Program-made: the position numbers and the translations under genes | Notes under the pieces: model-generated | What the model was told of the DNA's origin: nothing | Seen by the model: only the letters and a program-made list of their open reading frames with translations | Database searches by the model: none | Origin: Patescibacteria group bacterium | GTDB taxonomy: Bacteria > Patescibacteriota > Minisyncoccia > UBA6257 > UBA9933 | Assembly (NCBI GenBank): GCA_038065035.1 | Contig: JBBTRV010000004.1 | Span: 51,798-115,797, forward strand | Length of the DNA stretch: 64,000 nucleotides | Reading direction: 5' to 3' | Shown here: positions 48,861-58,038 of the stretch, one piece after another | Layout: every line of letters begins with the position of its first letter | Position numbering within the stretch: position 1 is the first letter of the stretch

Positions 48861-49715
48861 TTATTCTACTAAAACAAGCTCAACTCCTTTATATTTTAGT
48901 ATTTCTTGTCCATCAAGGACCGCATATCCTTGATGAAAATAACACTTTTTTATGCCAGTTCTGGCAATCAATTTAGCGCAGGGAGGACACGGGAAATCAG
49001 TTATGAAAATATCTGTCCCCAGTAGGGCAATTCCTCTTTTTGCCGCTTCTGCAATAACCGTTGCTTCTGCATGCTCTGCTGTTGAAAGTTCAATATGAAT
49101 ACCTCGTTTGAAAATGCTGCGAGGGTCGCCGAAGACAGATGGCATTTGCGGGTCGGGAAGATGTTGGTTATGCGCCATTATGATTATTTCTCCATTTTTG
49201 ATAACGGCGGCTGATGTTTGTCGCCACCAGTCAAAGCTTTTTTGAGATTCTTGTATAATCTTCTCCATTATTTCTTTCTCAAAGTCGCTTAGAGAAATAA
49301 TCCTGTGGACTTCCACCTTCTTTTTTTCTTCTACATTATCACGATGCCATCTGAGAAAGATTGGCATAAAGATAGCTTCCTTTTCCTTAAAATATCTATC
49401 TATAATCGCCCGAGATATGTCTTCGCTTGGCGCTATTATTTTAAGTGGTGGATCTATTAGCGCGCGGATAATTTTCTGATTTAATACTTCAACAGAGGCA
49501 AAAGGAAACCATTCTTCAATTGCTTTGATTGTCATTTTTGGCGGAAGGGCCCTGATGGAATCTTTTCGTTTCAGGTAATCAAACTCTGGAAGAAAATTTT
49601 CAAGAATTTCATCTCCTATTAGATATATTGTATTGCTATATATTAAATTATCAAATAAGAAATTGAAATATCCTTTATGGAGAACTGGAATATAGGCAAT
49701 AATAATTGTTTTCAT
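48861..49715 (-). CDS. dCMP deaminase with extra N-terminal domain
   Basis: HAE and PCPPC Zn motifs; N-terminal PVLHKGY resembles a degenerate HxGH site. Confidence 0.8.
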   Translation of the reverse strand: MKTIIIAYIPVLHKGYFNFLFDNLIYSNTIYLIGDEILENFLPEFDYLKRKDSIRALPPKMTIKAIEEWFPFASVEVLNQKIIRALIDPPLKIIAPSEDISRAIIDRYFKEKEAIFMPIFLRWHRDNVEEKKKVEVHRIISLSDFEKEIMEKIIQESQKSFDWWRQTSAAVIKNGEIIIMAHNQHLPDPQMPSVFGDPRSIFKRGIHIELSTAEHAEATVIAEAAKRGIALLGTDIFITDFPCPPCAKLIARTGIKKCYFHQGYAVLDGQEILKYKGVELVLVE

Positions 49716-50314
49716 TGCTTGCCCTCCTGTATCTCTTTTAGCTTTTCTTCAATCAGCTTTATAAAATCATTTGTCAGATTTTTTGCGAAATTGTGAATAC
49801 CTTGCGTATGTAGTATCCGAATTTTCGCAGTAGTGCTAGTAATAGCTTGGGGTTCAAGAAGCGCCACTTTACCGCATAGTTTCTCTCTCTCTCTTATACC
49901 TTCCTCGCTATGTCTTGAAGTTTTTGATAAAACTAAAACATCAGGTTTTACAGTATTGATGAGATGATATTGCGGAGCGTTGTGTGGCTTTAATACAATT
50001 ACATCGACATGTCTTAGATGGGCGAGCACTGATATGCGTTCTATCTCCGGCACAACTGGACGATTTGGGCCTTTCCGCGCTCTAATTTTTTCATCACTAT
50101 CAACGCCGACTATCAAAATATCGCCCATTTTCTTGGCTTTCTCCAGATATTCGGCATGGCCGATATGGAAAATATCAAAAGCTCCGGAAGTAAGCACTAT
50201 TTTTAGTCCCATTTCCTTCCAATATTCTACAAGCATGGATAGTCTTCCGTAATCGGTAATAAATCTTTCTTTAAAACTAGTTTCATCTCCAAAAATTCCA
50301 GTATTAATTGCCAT
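49712..50314 (-). CDS. Cytidylyl/adenylyltransferase (RfaE-II/TagD-like)
   Basis: GAFDIFHIGH, VGVDSD..KG..RP, STTAKI. Confidence 0.85.
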   Translation of the reverse strand: MAINTGIFGDETSFKERFITDYGRLSMLVEYWKEMGLKIVLTSGAFDIFHIGHAEYLEKAKKMGDILIVGVDSDEKIRARKGPNRPVVPEIERISVLAHLRHVDVIVLKPHNAPQYHLINTVKPDVLVLSKTSRHSEEGIREREKLCGKVALLEPQAITSTTAKIRILHTQGIHNFAKNLTNDFIKLIEEKLKEIQEGKQ

Positions 50315-50471
50315 AGCTATTCCTCCCTTTCTTTAAAAAAGTGTTAGTTTTTCTATCTTATTCTATTTATTATAATGTCCTAATTATATTCTTATATAAA
50401 AATCATCACAAAGTCAATAATATTTAGTTTATTAATTGATATAACCCCTTTTTTATTTTATAATCCAAACT

Positions 50472-51065
50472 ATGAATATTAAGCGCGATTTGGAATTTTT
50501 ATATGAAGTCGGTTCTTTCAGGTTTTTGCAAAGAACCTGGAAACAATTTTTAAATCCTGATTTTCAAAATATATCAGAGCACACCTTAAGAGTGCTCTGG
50601 ATTTCTTTAATTTTGGCAAAATATGAAGGCGTTAAAAATTGCGAAAAATTATTAAAAATGGCATTAGTTCATGATTTATCGGAAAGCAGAAGCGGAGATG
50701 TAAATTATCTGTCAAGGCAATATTGCGAAAGAATGGAAGATATGGCAATTAATGATATTTTTAAAAATACTATTTTAGAAAATGAATTTATTAAGCTTTG
50801 GCAGGAATATGAAAAAAAGAAATCTTTGGAGGCAAAAATCATCAAAGACGCCGATAATCTGGATGTTGATTTAGAATTATGCGAACAAGAAGCAAGGGGG
50901 CATAAGTTAAAGAAAATATGGTTAAAAAATCGCCAAAGGGCGGTTTATGAAAAATTATACACAACATCTGCCAAGAAATTCTGGAAAGAAATTATTAAAT
51001 CCAGTCCTCATGATTGGCATTTAAACGCCAGAAATCGCTTTAACAACGGTGACTGGAAAAAGTGA
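50472..51065 (+). CDS. HD-domain phosphohydrolase (YfbR-like)
   Basis: EH..RV, VHDLSESR.GD, DADNLD. Confidence 0.85.
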   Translation: MNIKRDLEFLYEVGSFRFLQRTWKQFLNPDFQNISEHTLRVLWISLILAKYEGVKNCEKLLKMALVHDLSESRSGDVNYLSRQYCERMEDMAINDIFKNTILENEFIKLWQEYEKKKSLEAKIIKDADNLDVDLELCEQEARGHKLKKIWLKNRQRAVYEKLYTTSAKKFWKEIIKSSPHDWHLNARNRFNNGDWKK

Positions 51066-51114
51066 AATTTCATTGACTTTTTTGCCTAAATCATAAATAC
51101 TAAATTAGTAAAAT

Positions 51115-51177
51115 TGTTAATTAGTGGATTAGTTAATTAGAAATACGAACCAATTAACCAGTTGACCAGTTGACTAA
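51115..51177. repeat. Inverted 8-mer repeat element
   Basis: TTAGTGGA/TTAGTTAA units then CCAATTAA/CCAGTTGA units. Confidence 0.55.
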
Positions 51178-51180
51178 ACT

Positions 51181-51375
51181 ATGGGTGGCGTACCGACAAA
51201 ACATCATACCAGTTCCAAAACTCGGCGGAGGCGGTCTCATTTGGCGTTAAAATCCGCCAATCTTTTTGCTTGTTTAAATTGCCAATCGCCGATTTTGCCG
51301 CATAGATATTGCGCGAATTGCGGAAATTATAAAGGGAAGATTATTAAAGAACCAAAATTGAAAATTAAAAAATAG
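51181..51375 (+). CDS. rpmF: 50S ribosomal protein L32
   Basis: VPTKHHTS..RRRSH, CLNC..PH..CANCG.Y. Confidence 0.95.
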   Translation: MGGVPTKHHTSSKTRRRRSHLALKSANLFACLNCQSPILPHRYCANCGNYKGKIIKEPKLKIKK

Positions 51376-51391
51376 AATAGAATAAAAAATA

Positions 51392-51817
51392 ATGGCCACA
51401 AGGCATATCGCTAGAAGCATCGCTCTTCAATCATTATACGAATGGGATTTTCACAATAGGAAGGCGGATTTAACTCAGATAGTTGAGCGCGACATTGAAG
51501 AATTCGGCGCCGGAATTGACGAGCCGGATTTTGTCTGGCGCATTATTAAAGGCGTAACTGAGCATATTGAAGCCATTGATAAGATAATTGAAAAAGCCGC
51601 TCCCCAATGGCCGCTCAGCCAGATTTCTTTAATTGACCGGAATATTTTAAGAATCGGGCTTTATGAATTATTGTATGCTGATAAAGCTGAAATACCGGAA
51701 AAAGTGGCGATTAACGAGGCAATTGAATTGTCAAAAAATTACAGCGGCAATAATTCAAGCAAATTTGTTAATGGCGTTTTAGGGACGGTGTATAAGGAAA
51801 TAGGAATAAAAGCATGA
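51392..51817 (+). CDS. nusB: Transcription antitermination factor NusB
   Basis: [32 protein letters not shown]. Confidence 0.95.
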   Translation: MATRHIARSIALQSLYEWDFHNRKADLTQIVERDIEEFGAGIDEPDFVWRIIKGVTEHIEAIDKIIEKAAPQWPLSQISLIDRNILRIGLYELLYADKAEIPEKVAINEAIELSKNYSGNNSSKFVNGVLGTVYKEIGIKA

Positions 51818-51873
51818 CTTATGACTTATGACCAATAACTTTTTGTTATTTGTTATAAGTTATTAGTTATTAG
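51814..51873. repeat. Inverted heptamer-repeat element (supplies nusB stop codon)
   Basis: ATGACTT ATGACTT ATGACCA ATAACT .. GTTATTT GTTATAA GTTATTA GTTATTA. Confidence 0.65.
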
Positions 51874-51882
51874 CTGAAAATC

Positions 51883-52578
51883 GTGGATTTATCGAGTTTA
51901 GAAAGAAAAATAGAATATCAGTTTAAAAATAAAAACCTTCTTAAAGAAGCTCTTACTCATCGTTCTTATCTTAATGAAAATCCTTCGTGGGGCAAAGATT
52001 TTTTGAGTCCTCATAACGAGCGCTTGGAATTTTTAGGCGACGCTGTGCTTGAGTTAGTAGTTACGGAAAACCTTTTTAAAAATTATTCCCGTTCTTCCGA
52101 AGGCGAATTGACAAGCATCAGGTCAGCTTTGGTTAATTATCAGATGCTGGCAGATATTTCAAGAGACATTGTTTTAAGCGACCATATATTATTATCTCGC
52201 GGAGAGGCCAAAGACACAGGCAAGGCTAGGGATGTTATTTTAGCTAATGCTTTTGAATCTCTTATCGGCGCTATTTATCTTGACGCCGGCTATGAAGGAG
52301 CGGAAAAATTCATAAATTCTTTTGTGATGAAGAGGGTGGCGGAAGTAATGGAGAAAGAGCTTTATAGAGATCCCAAAAGTTTCCTTCAGGAAATAATTCA
52401 AGAAAAAATGAAAATTACTCCGACATACGATGTTATTTCGGAGAAAGGGCCGGACCACGCGAAAATTTTCAGAGTCGGCGTTTATTTCGGCGCTCAGCTG
52501 ATTGGTGAAGGCGAGGGTTATTCAAAACAGGAAGCGGAGGTAGAAGCCGCAAAAGTGGCGTTAAAAAATGTTTCTTAA
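51883..52578 (+). CDS. rnc: Ribonuclease III
   Basis: NERLEFLGDAVL, dsRBD with GPDHAK. Confidence 0.95.
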   Translation: MDLSSLERKIEYQFKNKNLLKEALTHRSYLNENPSWGKDFLSPHNERLEFLGDAVLELVVTENLFKNYSRSSEGELTSIRSALVNYQMLADISRDIVLSDHILLSRGEAKDTGKARDVILANAFESLIGAIYLDAGYEGAEKFINSFVMKRVAEVMEKELYRDPKSFLQEIIQEKMKITPTYDVISEKGPDHAKIFRVGVYFGAQLIGEGEGYSKQEAEVEAAKVALKNVS

Positions 52579-54805
52579 ATCTTTAGAATTGAACGGTTTT
52601 AAGTCTTTCGCGCAGAAGACTGTTTTGGAATTTCCCAAGGGAATCACGGCGATTGTCGGGCCGAACGGTTCTGGCAAAAGCAATGTGATAGACGGAATCC
52701 GCTGGCTATTGGGCGAGCGCGACGCAAAAAATTTAAGAGGCAATAAAATTGAAAATCTGATTTTTGCCGGCAGTCCGCAGAAATCAAGGGCGGGATTGGC
52801 TTCAGTCGGGCTTTTTTTTGACAATAAATCCGGCTTTTTTGACAAAGATTTCAGTGAAATATTAATTACGCGTCGGGTAAGCCGCGACGGCAATTCGCAA
52901 TATTTTCTCAATAAATCCGAATGCCGGTTGAAAGATATTGTTGATTTTTTCGCCAAAGCGCGGCTTGGCACTAAGGGATTAACCATTATTAATCAAGGCA
53001 GCAGTGATTTGTTTGTTAGGGCAAATTCCGAAGAAAGGCGGCTGATGATTGAAGAAGTTTTGGGTCTTAGGGAATTTCAGATTAAAAAATTAGAAGCTAA
53101 AAGGAAATTGGAAAATACGAATATAAATCTTGAAAAAGTAAAAGCGGTAATTGAAGAAGTTGTGCCGCGCTTAAAAATGCTTCGCCGCCAGACAGCTAAA
53201 TGGGCAAAAAGAGAACAAGTGGAGCAGGAATTAAAAGAAATAGAAAACAATTATTTTTCTTTTAAGATTGGCGTAATTGACGGGGAAAACGAAAAATTTC
53301 GCGCTGAATTGAAAAATTTAGCGAGCCAAACGGCAGTTGTTAATAATGAATTAAAGATTTTAGAAAGCGAAGTTAAAAAAATTGAAGGAAAGTCGAAACG
53401 CCATGGATTAGACGATGTTAGGAGCCAGAAAAATAATTTAGCGGATAAAAGGTTTGAATTGCAGAAAGAAATCAGCCGTTTAGAAGCAAAAATGGAAATT
53501 TTCGGAAACGTAAAAGAAATTACAATTCAGGATTTTGATAGTAATGAGCTTTTGAGTTTTTTAAGCGAAGTAAGAGCCAATCTTGAAAATAGCGTAAAAA
53601 CGGAAGAATTTAAAGAACTTGCCGCGGCGGTTAAAAATCTGATTATCAGGATTGATGAGTTTTTAAACCCAAAATCAAATAAAAATATTAATCCAAATTT
53701 TAATAAATTAGAGCATCCGTTAGCTGGCAGAAAAGAGTTTGAAAATTTGAGAAATAATTTAGCGAAAGAAATCGGCGAGGTTGAGGAAAAATTGAAAATT
53801 TTTGAAAAAGAAGAAGTGGAAATAACCGCCGGCCTTGAAGATTTCAATAAAAATTTCCAAAAAGCTTTTGAGGCGTTTGAAAAGAAAAAAGACGATTTCC
53901 AATTATTGGAAAATAAAAAGCAGAAAATAAATTTTGAGCTTGAAAAATTAGATTTAAAATTAAGAGATTTAGATATTCAGGCCGGCCAAAATGGCAGGAA
54001 AATTGAAGAATTTAGATTAATCGTGAAAAATAATCAATCGGCGGAGAGTTTTATCGCAAATGAGCGAGCAGATTTGTCAGAAGCGGAAAGAAAAATGTTT
54101 CGGTTAAGGGCGGAATTGGCGAATATCGGCGAAATAGACGAATCTTTGCTTAAAGAAACGGAAAGCACGGAAAATCATTTTAATTTCCTATCGTCGCAAG
54201 TTACTGATTTGGAGCGCGCCGTGGCTGATCTGGCAATTCTTATAAAAGATTTGGAAGAAAAAATCCATTCGGACTTCAGTAATGCGTTTCAATCCATTAA
54301 TGATAATTTTGACAAGTTTTTTAAGCTGATGTTTAAGGGCGGACACGCCAAGATGAAAATTAAAAAATCAAAATTCAAAAATCAAAATGACAATTTAAAA
54401 ATTCAAAATAACAATGAAATTAATGAAATAGAAGATAAACAGGAAGAAGAAAAAGAGGAGAAAGTCGGGGTGGATATTGAATTAAGTTTGCCGAAAAAGA
54501 AAATTGGCAGCTTGGAAATGCTTTCTGGCGGGGAAAAAAGCTTGGTTTCCATTGCCGCTTTATTTGCCTTGATTTCCGTCAGTCCGCCGCCGTTTCTGGT
54601 TTTAGACGAAATTGACGCGGCATTGGATGAGAAAAACTCCGCAATGTTTGCTAATTTAATCAAAGAATTTTCCTATCAGACGCAGTTCATTATTGTCACC
54701 CATAATCGGTCAGTAATGGAATCAGCCGATATGCTTTATGGCATCACAATGGAAGAAGAGGGAGTTTCTAAAGTATTGTCGTTGAAACTTGACACCGTAA
54801 ATTAA
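52568..54805 (+). CDS. smc: SMC-family ATPase, short form with no recognisable hinge
   Basis: GFKSF, GPNGSGKSN, LSGGEK, LDEIDAALD, THN; only 745 aa. Confidence 0.85.
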   Translation: MFLKSLELNGFKSFAQKTVLEFPKGITAIVGPNGSGKSNVIDGIRWLLGERDAKNLRGNKIENLIFAGSPQKSRAGLASVGLFFDNKSGFFDKDFSEILITRRVSRDGNSQYFLNKSECRLKDIVDFFAKARLGTKGLTIINQGSSDLFVRANSEERRLMIEEVLGLREFQIKKLEAKRKLENTNINLEKVKAVIEEVVPRLKMLRRQTAKWAKREQVEQELKEIENNYFSFKIGVIDGENEKFRAELKNLASQTAVVNNELKILESEVKKIEGKSKRHGLDDVRSQKNNLADKRFELQKEISRLEAKMEIFGNVKEITIQDFDSNELLSFLSEVRANLENSVKTEEFKELAAAVKNLIIRIDEFLNPKSNKNINPNFNKLEHPLAGRKEFENLRNNLAKEIGEVEEKLKIFEKEEVEITAGLEDFNKNFQKAFEAFEKKKDDFQLLENKKQKINFELEKLDLKLRDLDIQAGQNGRKIEEFRLIVKNNQSAESFIANERADLSEAERKMFRLRAELANIGEIDESLLKETESTENHFNFLSSQVTDLERAVADLAILIKDLEEKIHSDFSNAFQSINDNFDKFFKLMFKGGHAKMKIKKSKFKNQNDNLKIQNNNEINEIEDKQEEEKEEKVGVDIELSLPKKKIGSLEMLSGGEKSLVSIAALFALISVSPPPFLVLDEIDAALDEKNSAMFANLIKEFSYQTQFIIVTHNRSVMESADMLYGITMEEEGVSKVLSLKLDTVN

Positions 54806-54827
54806 AAACTATAAGCTAAAATCTATT

Positions 54828-55142
54828 ATGTTAGCCATTAAATTCAGAAGAATAGGGAAAAAAGACCAGCCGAGTTATAGAATAGTTGTTTCTGAAAAAA
54901 AGTCCAAAGTTTTTGGTAAGTTTATTGAAGACCTTGGGTGGTATGACCCGAAAAGCAAAAAATTCAATATCAACAAAGAAAGAGCGCAATATCGGCTGAA
55001 AACCGGCTGCCAGCCGACTGACACAGTTCACAATTTTCTTGTAAAAACAGGCGTAATTAAAGGGCCCAAAAGGCCAGTTCATTCAATTTCAAAAAAGCAG
55101 GAAGAAGTAAAATCACAGGAAACAGCTCAACCGACAGCTTAA
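54828..55142 (+). CDS. rpsP: 30S ribosomal protein S16
   Basis: RIGKK.QPSYRIVV, LGWYDP, QPTDTV. Confidence 0.95.
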   Translation: MLAIKFRRIGKKDQPSYRIVVSEKKSKVFGKFIEDLGWYDPKSKKFNINKERAQYRLKTGCQPTDTVHNFLVKTGVIKGPKRPVHSISKKQEEVKSQETAQPTA

Positions 55143-55216
55143 ATTTTTGATATTCAAAGATAGATTTATTATATAAAAGGTCGAATGAAAATCAGAATTA
55201 AAAGATTAAAATAGCT

Positions 55217-55534
55217 ATGGAAGCAAAAGACCAGAATTTTCTTGAGTTCTTGATTAAATCCATTGTTGACCATCCTGACGAGGTTAAAGTTGAAAGGAAA
55301 GTTGACGAAATGGGAGTTCTTTTGACTCTTCACGTGCATCCGACCGATATGGCTCAGATTATCGGCAGGCGCGGCGCAACGGCTCAGTCTATCCGATCGC
55401 TTTTAAAAATCGTCGGAATCAAAAATAACGCCAGAGTTAATTTGAAAATCGCCGAGCCGGAAGGTTCAATGAGAGAACAAAGAGAGCCAAGGTCATCCGT
55501 TGACCAGGCAGTAGAAGGAATCAATAATTACTAA
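55217..55534 (+). CDS. khpA: KH-domain RNA-binding protein
   Basis: VDHPDEV, IIGRRGATA; follows rpsP. Confidence 0.9.
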   Translation: MEAKDQNFLEFLIKSIVDHPDEVKVERKVDEMGVLLTLHVHPTDMAQIIGRRGATAQSIRSLLKIVGIKNNARVNLKIAEPEGSMREQREPRSSVDQAVEGINNY

Positions 55535-55569
55535 ACCAAAAATTACGAAGTGGGACTTCGTAAATTCGT

Positions 55570-55597
55570 AAAATCCCCCGCATTGCGGGGGATTTTT
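55570..55597 (+). terminator. Intrinsic terminator
   Basis: AAAATCCCCCGC-ATT-GCGGGGGATTTTT. Confidence 0.85.
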
Positions 55598-55635
55598 AAT
55601 TGAAAAACAAGCGTAAATATGGTAAAAAATGAGTA

Positions 55636-55725
55636 ATGATGAAACAAGAATCATTGCGGCAAATTGAAAAATTAGTGGAGAAATACGAGAATTTTCAGAG
55701 ATTTTATTACGTTATAATGTTATAA
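55636..55725 (+). pseudogene. Possible N-terminal remnant of a type IIG R-M gene
   Basis: MMKQESLRQIEKLVEKYE.. resembles starts of fused R-M enzymes; short. Confidence 0.4.
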
Positions 55726-55732
55726 TATAAAT

Positions 55733-57193
55733 ATGAATCCAGTCATAAAAAAAGAAAATGGAGTTGTTTTTACTCCTGAATGGGTAGTGGATTTTATGGT
55801 TAGTGAGATATTAAACAGTAAAAAAATCACAGGAAAAGAAAAAATACTTGATGCGGGTTGCGGCGAAGGAATTTTTGCGACCATCGCGGCGCAAAAATTC
55901 GCAAAATTATCAGGAAAAAAGATAGAAAAAGTCATAGAAGAAAACATTTATTTTATTGATATAACAGAAGAATATACAAGAAAAACTAAACAAAATTTAC
56001 AAAAATTATCAAAAAATAAAATTATAAAATATAATGCGATAATTGATGATTTTTGTTTTCATGATTTTGATGAAAAATTTGATTTTATAATCGGTAATCC
56101 GCCTTATGTTCGCATACAAAATTTAAATGAAAGGAAGGAACAGTTGCAAAAAAAATATATAACTGCTTCCAGCGGGTCAATTGATTTATATTTTTGTTTT
56201 TTTGAGCAAGCATTAAAATTATTAAATAAAGATGGCAAAATTGCTTTTATTACTCCAAATTCTCATTTTTATTCGGCAGCGGGAAAAAATCTGCGCAATT
56301 TATTAATGTTTCATTTGGCAAAAATAATAAATTTCGATTATTTTCAGATTTTCAAAGATGCCACTACATATACGGCGATTACATTTTTACAAAAAGAAGA
56401 TGGTGTTAGTTTTTCATACGCGGAAAATTTTAAGAATAATTTTAAAAATCTTAAATATAAAAAAATATCTATTAAAAATATGAAATCTGAAAGGTGGGAA
56501 TTTTTCGATGAAAAATATCTAGATAAAATTGTTAAACTTAATAAGGAATATTCTACGCTTCTGGAAATAGCGGACATTCATTATGGAATAGCTACGCTTA
56601 AAGACGATATTTATATTTTTTCGCCTGAAAAAGATTGTAATAATTATTTTTATTTTAGCGATTTTAAGATTGAAAAAAACATTTGTGTTCCGATTATTAA
56701 AGCATCAACATATAAAGGCGAAAATCAAAACTTTTTTTTGATTTTTCCTTATGAAAATGAAAAAATAATACCAAAAAATATTTTTCAAAAAAATTATCCT
56801 GAAACATATAGATATTTATTATATTATCGCGATATTTTGGAAATGAGAGATAAGGGCGGGGGTAAAAATTATGAGGAATTTTACGCTTTTGGCAGGAATC
56901 AAGGGTTAAAAACCAGTTTTGGTAAAAAAATCATAACTAGTACTATGAATATAGCACCGCGCTTTTACGTGGTTGAAAATAAAGAAACAAGTTTTTATGC
57001 CGGCTATTGTATTAAACCTCGAAATAATATAAATATTTATGAATTATGCGAAGCGTTGAATTCTGATTTAATGAAAGAATATATTAATTCTGTTTCAAAA
57101 AGTTATCGTGGAGGATATAAATCATATGCAAAAAGTTTTTTAAAAGATTTTGCGCATCCCCAATTTTATAAAAATCAACCAGTATTATTTTAA
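55733..57193 (+). CDS. N6-adenine DNA methyltransferase (TaqI/Eco57I-like, gamma class)
   Basis: VFTP, LDAGCGEG, IIGNPPY, DLYFCF. Confidence 0.9.
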   Translation: MNPVIKKENGVVFTPEWVVDFMVSEILNSKKITGKEKILDAGCGEGIFATIAAQKFAKLSGKKIEKVIEENIYFIDITEEYTRKTKQNLQKLSKNKIIKYNAIIDDFCFHDFDEKFDFIIGNPPYVRIQNLNERKEQLQKKYITASSGSIDLYFCFFEQALKLLNKDGKIAFITPNSHFYSAAGKNLRNLLMFHLAKIINFDYFQIFKDATTYTAITFLQKEDGVSFSYAENFKNNFKNLKYKKISIKNMKSERWEFFDEKYLDKIVKLNKEYSTLLEIADIHYGIATLKDDIYIFSPEKDCNNYFYFSDFKIEKNICVPIIKASTYKGENQNFFLIFPYENEKIIPKNIFQKNYPETYRYLLYYRDILEMRDKGGGKNYEEFYAFGRNQGLKTSFGKKIITSTMNIAPRFYVVENKETSFYAGYCIKPRNNINIYELCEALNSDLMKEYINSVSKSYRGGYKSYAKSFLKDFAHPQFYKNQPVLF

Positions 57194-57204
57194 CTAAAAA
57201 TATT

Positions 57205-57891
57205 ATGGATAATCTGCAAAATAAATTTATGAAAGCGATTAACGCCTCTTTTGCGGCTTATAATAAGAAAGGCGGCGCAAGAAGCAATAAAAAGTTAATT
57301 CCAATTCATAAATTTTTATCAGAAATAATTTTAGAAAAGCTTAAAAATAGATATTCAATAAAATCTTTGGGAATCGGCGACGGTAAAGAAGCGACAATAG
57401 ACGGAAAATATTACCCAAAAGACCTTGATGTGGCTATATTTAAAAATAATAAAATTGTAGCGACTATCAGTTTTAAATTTATCACCTCAAATTATAAACA
57501 GAACGCAAACAATTATTTTGAAGGCCTTATGGGAGAAACTGCTAATATAAGGCGACAGAATATCGGATTTGCTCATTTTTTAGTGCTTCGCGGACATACG
57601 CCGTATTATTCAAAAAATAAAGGTAATTTGCGAGGGAAACAAAAAGGAATAGAAATTATATCTGAAAAACATCTTCAAAAATACATAAAGTTATTTAATG
57701 ATATGGATTTCCCTCATAAGCCGGATTTAATAGGAATTTGTATTTTAGATTTTGATAAAAATAAAAAAGCGAAATTTGTTAATCTAAATGATTTTGATTT
57801 TTCTGTTGAAACGAGACAATTGCTTAAAAATGAATTTTCTTTAAATAATTTTTTAGATAAATTTATACATCTTATAAATTTAAAAAGTTAA
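57205..57891 (+). CDS. Putative type II restriction endonuclease
   Basis: Adjacent to MTase; KDLDVA..SFK PD-(D/E)XK-like core, QNANNYFE. Confidence 0.65.
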   Translation: MDNLQNKFMKAINASFAAYNKKGGARSNKKLIPIHKFLSEIILEKLKNRYSIKSLGIGDGKEATIDGKYYPKDLDVAIFKNNKIVATISFKFITSNYKQNANNYFEGLMGETANIRRQNIGFAHFLVLRGHTPYYSKNKGNLRGKQKGIEIISEKHLQKYIKLFNDMDFPHKPDLIGICILDFDKNKKAKFVNLNDFDFSVETRQLLKNEFSLNNFLDKFIHLINLKS

Positions 57892-57892
57892 A

Positions 57893-58030
57893 AAATTAGA
57901 CCAAATTTTAGACCAAGAAGAATATAAAGAATTAAAATCAGAAATTGATAAAACCAATAAAGAAATAGACGAAAAAGTTTATGAATTATATGGATTGACG
58001 GAGGAGGAGGTTAAAATCATTGAAAAATAA
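57893..58030 (+). pseudogene. C-terminal remnant of type IIG/TaqI-like R-M gene
   Basis: Startless frame ..EIDKTNKEIDEKVYELYGLTEEEVKIIEK*. Confidence 0.75.
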
Positions 58031-58038
58031 TAATTAAA

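Noticed and set aside
14740-51873. CRISPR array
   Set aside because: Repeats are 7-8-nt tandem units without spacers; no cas genes.
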